NCBI RefSeq assembly: GCF_003945235.1
Contig: NZ_RSDW01000001.1
Location: forward strand, 2,820,001 to 2,852,000
Source of the DNA: Edaphobacter aggregans
Lineage (GTDB): Bacteria > Acidobacteriota > Terriglobia > Terriglobales > Acidobacteriaceae
Reading direction: 5' to 3'
DNA: 32,000 bases
The notes under the pieces were generated by a model. That model was not told the origin of the DNA. It saw nothing but the letters and a program-made list of their open reading frames with translations, and did not search any database. The translations under genes were made by a program, and so were the position numbers. Shown here piece after piece: positions 8,987-16,861 of this stretch (its first letter is position 1; every line of letters begins with the position of its first letter).

Positions 8987-9232
8987 ATGGCAGCAGTAGA
9001 CGAAAAAGTAAAACAGATCATTGTCGAGCAGCTTCAGGTCGACGAAGCCGAAGTCACTCCCGGTGCAAGCTTTCAGGAAGATCTGGGCGCTGACTCTCTC
9101 GACGTAGTCGAACTCGTCATGCAGTTCGAAGAGGCCTTCGACATCCAGATCCCCGACGAAGACGCCGAGAAGATCAAGACCGTCAAGGATGCCGTCGACT
9201 ACATCGAAAAGAACCAGAAGGCGGCTAAGTAA
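8987..9232 (+). CDS. acpP: Acyl carrier protein
   Basis: 81 aa with the phosphopantetheine site '[17 protein letters not shown]'. AGGAGA RBS upstream; the protein is acidic. Confidence 0.97.
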   Translation: MAAVDEKVKQIIVEQLQVDEAEVTPGASFQEDLGADSLDVVELVMQFEEAFDIQIPDEDAEKIKTVKDAVDYIEKNQKAAK

Positions 9233-9234
9233 CA

Positions 9235-10485
9235 ATGGAGCAGCGTCGCGTCGTCGTAACGGGCCTTGGCCTCATCTGCGGGGTCGGTAAAACCGTGCCC
9301 GAAGTATGGGAAGGCCTGCTCGCAGGCAAAAGCGGTATGGCGGAGATCAAGGCCTTCGATCTCACAGGCCACCCCGTCCGTTTCGCCGCCGAGGTCAAGG
9401 ACTTCGACCCGCTCCAGTTCATCGACAAGAAAGAGGCCCGCAAAATGGGCCGCTTTATCCACTTTGCCATCGCCGCCGCCGACGAGGCCATGAAGCACTC
9501 TGGCCTCCAGGTCACTCCTGAGATCGCCGACCGCTTCGGCGTCCACATCGGCTCCGGTATCGGCGGCTTCGACGTCATCGAGCGCGAACACTCGGCCATG
9601 CTCGCCGGTGGTCCGCGCAAGATCTCTCCGTTCTTCATCCCCGGCTCCATCGTCAACCTCGCCGCCGGCCACGTCAGCATCCGCTACAACGCCAAGGGCC
9701 CCAACGAGGCCACCGCCACAGCCTGCACCTCAAGTGCCCACTCCATCGGCGACGCCTTCCGCATCATCCAGCGCGGCGACGCCGACGCCATGATCGCCGG
9801 AGGCACCGAAGCCGCCATCACCCCCATGGGTGTCGGTGGATTCGCCGCCATGAAGGCCCTCTCCACCCGCAACGAAGATCCCGAGCACGCCTGCCGCCCC
9901 TTCGACAAAGACCGCGATGGCTTCGTCGTCGGTGAAGGCGCCGGCATCCTCATCATGGAAGAGCTCGAGTTCGCCAAGGCCCGCGGCGCCCACATCCTCG
10001 CCGAAGTCATCGGCTACGGCATGTCCGCCGACGCCTTCCACATGACCGGCATGGCTCCCGAGGGCGAAGGCTGCTTCCGCGCCATGAACGCCGCCATCAA
10101 GGTCGCCGGCATCTCGCCCGACCAGATCGACTACGTCAACGCCCACGCCACCTCGACCCCCCTCGGCGACGCACTCGAGTCCCAGGCCATCGAAAACGTC
10201 TTCGGCGAGCGTGCAAAGAACGGCACCCTTCTCGTCAGCTCTACCAAGTCCATGACCGGCCACCTCCTCGGCGGCGCAGGCGGTCTCGAAGCAGGCATCA
10301 CCATCCAGGCCATGCTCACCCAGACGGCCCCGCCCACCATGAACATCGTGGAGCTCGACCCGGCCTGCCGCCTGAACTACGTCCCCAACAAGCCTCAGGC
10401 AGCCAAAATCGACTACGCCCTATCAAACTCTTTTGGCTTCGGTGGAACCAACGGGTCCCTCATATTCAAGCGCTGGACTGAATAA
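9235..10485 (+). CDS. fabF: 3-oxoacyl-ACP synthase II (KAS II)
   Basis: 416 aa starting 2 nt after the acpP stop. Active-site region 'ATACTSSAHSIG', catalytic His regions 'YVNAHATSTPLGD' and 'SSTKSMTGHLLGGAG', and C-terminal 'NSFGFGGTNGSLIF'. Confidence 0.96.
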   Translation: MEQRRVVVTGLGLICGVGKTVPEVWEGLLAGKSGMAEIKAFDLTGHPVRFAAEVKDFDPLQFIDKKEARKMGRFIHFAIAAADEAMKHSGLQVTPEIADRFGVHIGSGIGGFDVIEREHSAMLAGGPRKISPFFIPGSIVNLAAGHVSIRYNAKGPNEATATACTSSAHSIGDAFRIIQRGDADAMIAGGTEAAITPMGVGGFAAMKALSTRNEDPEHACRPFDKDRDGFVVGEGAGILIMEELEFAKARGAHILAEVIGYGMSADAFHMTGMAPEGEGCFRAMNAAIKVAGISPDQIDYVNAHATSTPLGDALESQAIENVFGERAKNGTLLVSSTKSMTGHLLGGAGGLEAGITIQAMLTQTAPPTMNIVELDPACRLNYVPNKPQAAKIDYALSNSFGFGGTNGSLIFKRWTE

Positions 10486-10505
10486 AACTTTTCGGGGGGC
10501 GCTGG

Positions 10506-12245
10506 ATGCTCATTCCGACGCGCAATTCCTCCTCTCTCCGCATGCTTCGCGCGAAGCGTAACCTGCTCGTAGCGAAACGCGGCGCTTTATTCGCGATAGC
10601 CCTTGCGCTCTCGCTCTTAGCGCACAGCCTCGCAGCTCAAATAACACCAGAGTCAGTGCCCCCACCTCAACCTTCAGCCGCGGTTACACTCGGCGATCGT
10701 ACCCTTTTCACCATCAATACCCCCATCGGCTCTACTACAGCCAAGGCCCGCGCCGTAGGTGTCAGCGCCCGCCTCGAGCAGGTCATGCGAGACCATAGCC
10801 GCAAGCCGGAAGACATCCACACCGTCGAGAATCCCGGAGTCACCCAAATCCTCTCCGACGACCTCCTCATCGTCAATGTCACCGACGCCGACGCCGCTGC
10901 CCACTCCACCTCTCGCTTCCTCCTCGCCGAAACCCAGCTCCGGATCATCCGCGAAGCCATCCCTAAAGTCCGCAACGAGTACAGCACCCGCAGCATCACC
11001 CTCGACACCCTTTACGCCCTCCTCGCCACCATCGCGCTCGTCTCTCTGCTCCTCATCTTTCGCCGCATCATCTTTCCCACGCTCTACTCTCTCATTGAGC
11101 GCTGGCGCGGTACGCGGATCCACGGTATCAAGGTGCAGAAGCTGGAGCTACTGTCGGAAGACCGCCTCGTCGGACTGCTGCACTCTCTCCTCCTACTAAT
11201 CCGGTTCCTTCTCACCGCACTTCTGCTCTATTTCTACTTTCCCCTCGTCTTCAGCTTCTTCCCCTGGACACGCGCCTACGGCCGCATTCTCTTCGGTTAC
11301 ATCCTCTCGCCCATCCGCACCGGATGGGCAGCCTTCATCCACTATCTGCCGCAGCTTCTCGTCGTCCTCGTTATTGCCTTCTTTGCATGGCTCGCCCTCC
11401 GCCTCGCTCGCTTCCTGTTTCGCGAACTCAGCCGTGGAACCCTCTCCTTCACTGGCTTTTACCCCGAGTGGGCCATGCCCACTCTCAAAATCGTCCAGGT
11501 CCTCATCATCGTCTTCGCTGTGGTCGTCGCCTTCCCCTACCTGCCCGGCTCCGAGTCGCCTGCCTTCAAAGGCGTCTCCATCTTTCTCGGAATTCTCCTC
11601 TCGCTCGGCTCCAGCTCTGCGGTCTCCAACATGGTCGCGGGCGTCGTGCTCACCTATACCCGCGCCTTCAACATCGGCGATTTGGTCCAGATATCCGATA
11701 CCACGGGACAGGTCACTGAGAAGACCCTCCTCGCCACCCAAATCCGCACCATCAAAAACGTCTTTGTCGCCGTCCCTAACTCTCTCGTGCTAAACAGCCA
11801 TGTTGTCAACTTCAGCCGATCCCCCAAAAACCAGCCCCTTATTCTTCACGTGACCATTGGCATCGGCTACGAAACACCATGGCGCCAGGTCCACACCCTC
11901 CTCATCGCAGCAGCCAGCAGCACCACCGGCGTCCTTTCAGACCCTGCTCCCTTTGTCCTGCAGACTAGCCTCGAGGACTTCTGCGCCGACTATCAGATCA
12001 ACGCCTACACCAAGGAACCCTTTCGCATGTCTGCCATCTATAGCGAACTCAATCAGAACATTCAGGACGAGTTCAACAAAGCCGGCATCGAGATCATGAC
12101 TCCTCACTACAGTGCACTCCGCGACGGCAACACCGCCGCCATTCCCAGCGCTTTTCTACCTCCCAACTACCAACCCGATTCCTTCCGCGTCTCATCCTCC
12201 AACCCCGCCCAAGCCCTACCCACCTCTCCTCCAAAGACAAGCTAG
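10506..12245 (+). CDS. Mechanosensitive ion channel family protein (MscS family)
   Basis: Signal/TM N-terminus and several TM helices. MscS pore/beta-domain signature 'SSSAVSNMVAGVVLTYTRAFNIGDLVQISDTTGQVTEKTLLATQIRTIKNVFVAVPNSLVLNSHVVNFS'. Confidence 0.88.
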   Translation: MLIPTRNSSSLRMLRAKRNLLVAKRGALFAIALALSLLAHSLAAQITPESVPPPQPSAAVTLGDRTLFTINTPIGSTTAKARAVGVSARLEQVMRDHSRKPEDIHTVENPGVTQILSDDLLIVNVTDADAAAHSTSRFLLAETQLRIIREAIPKVRNEYSTRSITLDTLYALLATIALVSLLLIFRRIIFPTLYSLIERWRGTRIHGIKVQKLELLSEDRLVGLLHSLLLLIRFLLTALLLYFYFPLVFSFFPWTRAYGRILFGYILSPIRTGWAAFIHYLPQLLVVLVIAFFAWLALRLARFLFRELSRGTLSFTGFYPEWAMPTLKIVQVLIIVFAVVVAFPYLPGSESPAFKGVSIFLGILLSLGSSSAVSNMVAGVVLTYTRAFNIGDLVQISDTTGQVTEKTLLATQIRTIKNVFVAVPNSLVLNSHVVNFSRSPKNQPLILHVTIGIGYETPWRQVHTLLIAAASSTTGVLSDPAPFVLQTSLEDFCADYQINAYTKEPFRMSAIYSELNQNIQDEFNKAGIEIMTPHYSALRDGNTAAIPSAFLPPNYQPDSFRVSSSNPAQALPTSPPKTS

Positions 12246-12299
12246 CCCCACACCCACACAGTCCTTTTACCGCGCGGTAAGATCTCTGGCGGAGGGTCT

Positions 12300-12890
12300 A
12301 TGAAGAACGCCGCCGTCGGCTTCTCCGCCCATTCAGGCTGGACCGCTCTCGTCGCGATATCGCTTGAAGAGGGCTCCCCGCTGGTGCTTTTGCGTCAACG
12401 TCCTCACCTTGTCAAAACCTTCACGTATGAATTTCGTCAGCCTTATCACAGCGCGAAAAAAGGACCGCCGTCCGAGGCTCCTAGCATCATTTCGCACGTC
12501 CGCGCCGATGCAAGGCGTCTCGCCTATCAAGCCATTCACTCCGTCCAAACGCGCCTTCAGGAGCAGAACTATGAACTCAACCGCTGCGGCCTGCTCCTTG
12601 CCTCCGGAAGACCGCTTCCGGCTCTCCCTCAAATCCTGTTGTCTCATGCACTGATTCACACCGCTGACGGAGAGCTTTTCCGCGAAGCATTGATTCACGC
12701 AAGCCTGCGCTGCGGCTTCGAGGTTTTCACTGCAAAAGAGAGCGTACTGCTTGAAACTGCCTCGCACACGCTGCACCTTCAGCCGGATGAGCTTGTTCGT
12801 CGCCTCACCGATCTCGGATCCGGGCTTGGTTCCCCATGGACGCGAGACGAAAAGTTCGCCGCGCTTGTCGCGTGGCTTTCTCTCCTGTAA
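12300..12890 (+). CDS. Hypothetical soluble protein (196 aa), family not recognised
   Basis: GGAGGG lies 4-5 nt upstream of ATG 12300. No TM or signal peptide. 'GFSAHSGWTALVAI' at the N-terminus and 'SHALIHTADGELFREAL' mid-protein. The fully overlapping antisense ORF 12333..12893 has no RBS and a less protein-like composition. Confidence 0.6.
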   Translation: MKNAAVGFSAHSGWTALVAISLEEGSPLVLLRQRPHLVKTFTYEFRQPYHSAKKGPPSEAPSIISHVRADARRLAYQAIHSVQTRLQEQNYELNRCGLLLASGRPLPALPQILLSHALIHTADGELFREALIHASLRCGFEVFTAKESVLLETASHTLHLQPDELVRRLTDLGSGLGSPWTRDEKFAALVAWLSLL

Positions 12891-12926
12891 CAAAGTGGGT
12901 ATAAAGGTTACCTTCGGAGATCACGC

Positions 12927-14414
12927 ATGAAGTTGCTGTATACCTTTGCCCTATTCGCCCTCGCCCTCACCGCCCGAGCCGAAGTCACTCTCGCCAAAGT
13001 CTTCTCCAGCCACATGGTCCTTCAGCGCGACATGCCCATCCACATCTGGGGCAACGCCGCACGCGGCGAGCAGGTAGCCGTTGACTTCCATGGCGCCACC
13101 AACACCGCCACCGCAGACAACCTAGGCCGCTGGAGCCTCTATCTCCCCGCCCAGGCCGCCGGAGGCCCCTTCACCCTCACCATCCACGCCACCAACACAC
13201 TCCAGCTTGAAGACATCCTCATCGGCGACCTCTGGATGGCCTCCGGTCAATCCAACATGGAGATGCCACTCGCAGGCTTCCCCGGCAACGCCGTCATCAA
13301 AGACGCCGACAAAGAAATAGCCGCCGCCAACTACCCACAAATCCGCCTCCTCCTTGTTGAAAAAGACACCTCCGACTACCCTCTCGAGGACGTCAAAGCC
13401 GCCACCGGCTGGTCGCAATGCACCCCTGAGACCGCAAAGAACTTCTCCGCCGTAGCCTACTTCTTCGCCCGCGACCTCCAGCAGAAGGAGCACGTCCCCA
13501 TCGGCCTCATCGACTCCACCTGGGGAGGCACACCCGCCGAAGCCTGGACCAGCCTCGGCGCCCTCGGAGCCGACGCCTCCCTCATGCCCGTCTTCGCCGC
13601 CTACGCCGAGAAGATGGACCGCGAGACCACCGAACAACGCGCCGACCTCGCCGACAAGCAAGCCCGAGCCGAAGGCCGCCCCACAATCTCCAACCGCGAC
13701 TGGCACCCGAACCCCGTCTCTTGGCGTCCCGCCGCCCTCTATAACGCCATGATCGCCCCCTTCACGCCGCTCCCCATCCGCGGAGTCATCTGGTACCAGG
13801 GCGAAACCAACTCCGCCCTCAACCGCGCCCCCCTCTACAGCCGCCTCTTCCCCGCCATGATCCAGGACTGGCGCACCCAGTGGCGTCAGGGCAACTTCCC
13901 CTTCCTGTTCGTTCAGATCTCCGCCTTCGACAGCCCCAAAGAAAACTGGGGACTCCTCCGCGATGCCCAGCGCCGCACCCTCCATCTCGTCAACACCGGC
14001 ATGGCCGTCACCATCGACATCGGCTCCGAGCACAATGTCCACCCCTCCGACAAACAAACCGTAGGCGAGCGCCTCTCCCTCCTCGCCCGCAACGTAGTAT
14101 TCGGCGAAAACATCGTCGCCTCCGGCCCACTCTTCCGCCTCGCCTATCCTGACCACGGCGTCATGCACATCTGGTTCGACAATGCCGCTGGCCTCAAAGC
14201 CCAAGGTGCAGTTCAAGGCTTCGAAATAGCGGCCGCCGACGGCACGTTCGTCCCGGCCACAGCCAAAATCGAGGGCGACACCATCATCGCGAGCAGCCCC
14301 ACCGTGCCCAACCCGCGCTACGTCCGCTACGCCTGGCAAGGCTTCCCCCAAGTCAACCTCTACAACGCGGCCGGACTTCCCGCCTCCACCTTCACCTCAT
14401 ACCCAGTGCCATAG
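12927..14414 (+). CDS. Sialate O-acetylesterase-like carbohydrate esterase (SGNH/DUF303 type), secreted
   Basis: Signal peptide MKLLYTFALFALALTARA. Catalytic block 'GDLWMASGQSNME' (GQSNM) and 'GVIWYQGETN'. GGAGA RBS. Confidence 0.88.
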   Translation: MKLLYTFALFALALTARAEVTLAKVFSSHMVLQRDMPIHIWGNAARGEQVAVDFHGATNTATADNLGRWSLYLPAQAAGGPFTLTIHATNTLQLEDILIGDLWMASGQSNMEMPLAGFPGNAVIKDADKEIAAANYPQIRLLLVEKDTSDYPLEDVKAATGWSQCTPETAKNFSAVAYFFARDLQQKEHVPIGLIDSTWGGTPAEAWTSLGALGADASLMPVFAAYAEKMDRETTEQRADLADKQARAEGRPTISNRDWHPNPVSWRPAALYNAMIAPFTPLPIRGVIWYQGETNSALNRAPLYSRLFPAMIQDWRTQWRQGNFPFLFVQISAFDSPKENWGLLRDAQRRTLHLVNTGMAVTIDIGSEHNVHPSDKQTVGERLSLLARNVVFGENIVASGPLFRLAYPDHGVMHIWFDNAAGLKAQGAVQGFEIAAADGTFVPATAKIEGDTIIASSPTVPNPRYVRYAWQGFPQVNLYNAAGLPASTFTSYPVP

Positions 14415-14455
14415 CATCACTCTCTGTCCAAGAGAGCAATCTTTTCAAAGGAGGT

Positions 14456-14505
14456 GTCATCCTGAGCGAAGTCATTGCAACGCAATCACTGAGTCGAAGG
14501 ACCTC
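14456..14505. repeat. REP-like intergenic element (single copy in this window)
   Basis: GTCATCCTGAGCGAAG-[tcattgcaacgcaatcactgagt]-CGAAGGACCTC, with an internal imperfect hairpin AGTCATTGC/GCAATCACT. From memory, the flanking core is a motif scattered through intergenic regions of Acidobacteria-like genomes. I cannot show repetition within this window. Confidence 0.3.
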
Positions 14506-14531
14506 TGTCTGCTCGAAGCTACGACAATCGT

Positions 14532-15272
14532 CTAGCTGGTCGCCACAGCAATCCCCACGCTGATAATCAACCCAAACAACCACCACCCCACAACCACCGC
14601 CGCAGCCTTGCCCTTCGAAACCTTCGCCACGATCGCCGTTCCAATTATCAGCAACGCAAGCTGCCACAACCCAATCACATCAAAGAAACTCAAAATCGTC
14701 CGCAGCACCGGCCCCGCGTCCGGCATAAAGTAAGCCGGATTCGTCCCTACCGGATTCCGCATATCGTAAGCATCCGCATTGCTGCCAAACATCAACGTCA
14801 CAATCGTCAATATCCCTGTCAGCAGTCGCGGCAACGAAGCATACATCCACACCGCAAACATCTGGCCATAAGTCGTCTGCGCGCCCAACCCAAAGTTGAA
14901 GCTGGCCCAATACAGCAGCGCTCCAATCGCCACAAAAATCAGAATGAAAATAAACGCCCCATAGCTCGAGTAGCGATAGCCCACTGTTATCCCGTGCATC
15001 TGCGCCGCCCGTTGCTCCGGGGTGAGACTAGCCATCTTCTCTTCCTGCTTTGGGTTCTGACGAATCTGGTTCTCCGCCACGCGATCAAAACCCACCTGCT
15101 TATCGACCACCACCGTAGTCCCCAGAGTCACCAGCACCAGCAGCACAAACGGAAGCCACCACTTCGCGCTCCGCAGAATGTCCGTAAACGTCTTGCTGGG
15201 CGCAATAAACGTATCCACCACGCGCTCAACTTCGCTTAAACCCTGCCCATCCACAACGACGCCATCGCTCAT
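14532..15272 (-). CDS. Yip1 family membrane protein
   Basis: Five hydrophobic helices after the cytoplasmic N-terminus 'ERVVDTFIAPSKTFTDI', a Yip1-domain architecture. Start set to ATG 15272 (MSDGVVV) with GGAG 7 nt upstream. The track ORF extends to 15377. Confidence 0.78.
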   Translation of the reverse strand: MSDGVVVDGQGLSEVERVVDTFIAPSKTFTDILRSAKWWLPFVLLVLVTLGTTVVVDKQVGFDRVAENQIRQNPKQEEKMASLTPEQRAAQMHGITVGYRYSSYGAFIFILIFVAIGALLYWASFNFGLGAQTTYGQMFAVWMYASLPRLLTGILTIVTLMFGSNADAYDMRNPVGTNPAYFMPDAGPVLRTILSFFDVIGLWQLALLIIGTAIVAKVSKGKAAAVVVGWWLFGLIISVGIAVATS

Positions 15273-15375
15273 GCCGTTCTCCGTTCTCTTGAACTTCAGA
15301 AAAAGGTCGTTGCAGGATTGTAGCCGGTCTTCATAACGCTCCCGCATAAAATATCGAGGATAGTAGAATCCGCGC

Positions 15376-15939
15376 ATGCGATTGGAGCGGCGACTGACGG
15401 CAGCGCAGGTAGCCTCGATGGCGATTGCAGGCTCGTTCCTGCTTTACGTGAGTGTCTGGCTAACGATGCTGCCTTATCACCACCATCTCGGTCGTGTTTA
15501 TGGCTTCGGAAACTTTCTATGGGTATCTAGGTTTGAGATTGCTCGCTTCGTCTTACCCTTTGCCCTCGGCGCTTGGATGATGTACGCCGCATTAGCAGCA
15601 TTCCATCGAGGCGTGGAGCAGACGATCTGGAGCGATCTCTCGCTAATGAAGCTGCGAACACTACTTGATCGCGTGGTCTGGACCATAGTCGTTTACACGA
15701 TGGCGATCGGCGCCCTCGGTTGGGTTGTCTTTGCGTTTTTCAGTACCGTACCGCTTCACCGAGCCTCTGGGCCGGGTGGCCTGGGGTATTTTTTAGCCTC
15801 TCCTGTGGTGTGCTTGTTCCAGTTACGACGGGTGCTGCTACCGAAGCCCATCAGAGAGCCGCGAATTTGGCCCGGCGACGTCAAACCGCTGGTCTCCGAG
15901 CATTGGGGCGAACGCGCCACGTCTCAGGACATCTCTTAG
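15376..15939 (+). CDS. Hypothetical 4-TM membrane protein with atypical codon bias
   Basis: It is the only long ORF in any frame here. It has four clear hydrophobic segments (AIAGSFLLYVSVWLTML, FVLPFALGAWMMYAALAAF, VVWTIVVYTMAIGALGWVVFAFF, LGYFLASPVVCLF). There is no convincing RBS, and the start is uncertain (ATG 15376 or 15418). Confidence 0.5.
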   Translation: MRLERRLTAAQVASMAIAGSFLLYVSVWLTMLPYHHHLGRVYGFGNFLWVSRFEIARFVLPFALGAWMMYAALAAFHRGVEQTIWSDLSLMKLRTLLDRVVWTIVVYTMAIGALGWVVFAFFSTVPLHRASGPGGLGYFLASPVVCLFQLRRVLLPKPIREPRIWPGDVKPLVSEHWGERATSQDIS

Positions 15940-16199
15940 ACGATATGACAAATGTGCCAAAAACGGCCTCTGGGAGGTCAACGGATCGCCCAGACAACCG
16001 TAATGCCCCTTCATGCGGTCTCGTCGCCTGAGTGAGACATTGGCGCGAAACGCTCTTGGCCTAAACCATATGGAGACATCCGAACGATCTTCAGCGGCTT
16101 CTTGAAAACGTGTCAAGCCCATTAGCGCGTAAACCACTGAAAATAAGTTAAATATTGCTGCCGATCAATTTGACCCACTTTGCTAAACTAAATACATAG

Positions 16200-16236
16200 A
16201 AAAAGGAACAGCCCCGTCCTCAAGACGGGGCTGTTC
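16200..16236 (-). terminator. Rho-independent terminator ending the accC/biotinyl-carrier transcript
   Basis: Perfect 13-bp stem GAACAGCCCCGTC / GACGGGGCTGTTC (16206-16218 / 16224-16236) with a 5-nt loop. On the minus strand it is followed by CTTTTT (16205-16200). It lies 134 nt downstream of the carrier-protein stop. Confidence 0.85.
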
Positions 16237-16369
16237 TCGTTAACCACACACCGCTACGAAAGGAGTCTGCAAAGTACGTGCACCGTCCCAGCCAGTACAC
16301 CAAGTCCAGACCTAAGCCTCATGACATGAATACTTTGGATACTTATGTATGGGATAGGGGGTACCCCAC

Positions 16370-16861
16370 TTACTCCACAACAACTAGTACTTCACCCGCG
16401 CCAACCGTGTCATCCACCGAAACCGCCACCCGAATCACCCGCCCGGCCTTCGGCGACTTCAACTCATTCTGCATCTTCATCGCCTCAATCACCACCAATC
16501 CCTGCTGCTCGACCACCTCATCCCCAGCACTCACCAGCACCCGAACCACCCGCCCCGGCATAGGAGCCTTCACCGCCTTCGGCCCGACACCACCAGCCCC
16601 AACCCCACGCCGCCCGCGCAGCGACCGAGGATCCTCCACCTCAAACTCAAACCGCTGCTCCCCAACCAGAATTCCATCCCCATCCAGCACACACCGGTAT
16701 TGCCGTCCCTCCACCACCAAAGACATCACTCCAGCCTGCAATATCCGCACATCCACCGCGATAGTCTTCCCATCGACGACACACTCCAAAGCCCCGTCGG
16801 CAGCACCTGCAGGAACCTCCACCCGACGCTTCTTCCCGCCGATCTCGAGCCAAACCGTCAC
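16370..16861 (-). CDS. Biotin/lipoyl-attachment protein: BT-like N-terminal region + biotinyl carrier (BCCP) domain
   Basis: Biotinylation motif 'VIEAMKMQNEL' in the C-terminal ~70 aa. Start set to GTG 16861, which overlaps the accC stop as GTGA and has AGGAGG 10 nt upstream. The track ORF starts at GTG 16897. Confidence 0.85.
   Translation of the reverse strand: MTVWLEIGGKKRRVEVPAGAADGALECVVDGKTIAVDVRILQAGVMSLVVEGRQYRCVLDGDGILVGEQRFEFEVEDPRSLRGRRGVGAGGVGPKAVKAPMPGRVVRVLVSAGDEVVEQQGLVVIEAMKMQNELKSPKAGRVIRVAVSVDDTVGAGEVLVVVE

Noticed and set aside
12333-12893. 186-aa minus-strand ORF almost exactly mirroring the 12300-12890 gene
   Set aside because: It has no RBS, and the plus-strand ORF has a GGAGGG RBS and a more protein-like sequence. 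I keep the plus-strand call, though only at moderate confidence.
13122-14351. 409-aa minus-strand ORF
   Set aside because: Antisense to the esterase gene, which has a signal peptide and GQSNM/QGE motifs. The translation is G/A/E/V-rich filler.
15838-16137. 99-aa minus-strand ORF in the AT-richer tail
   Set aside because: It overlaps the 3' end of the 4-TM ORF by ~100 nt, is Arg-rich with no motifs, and has no RBS.
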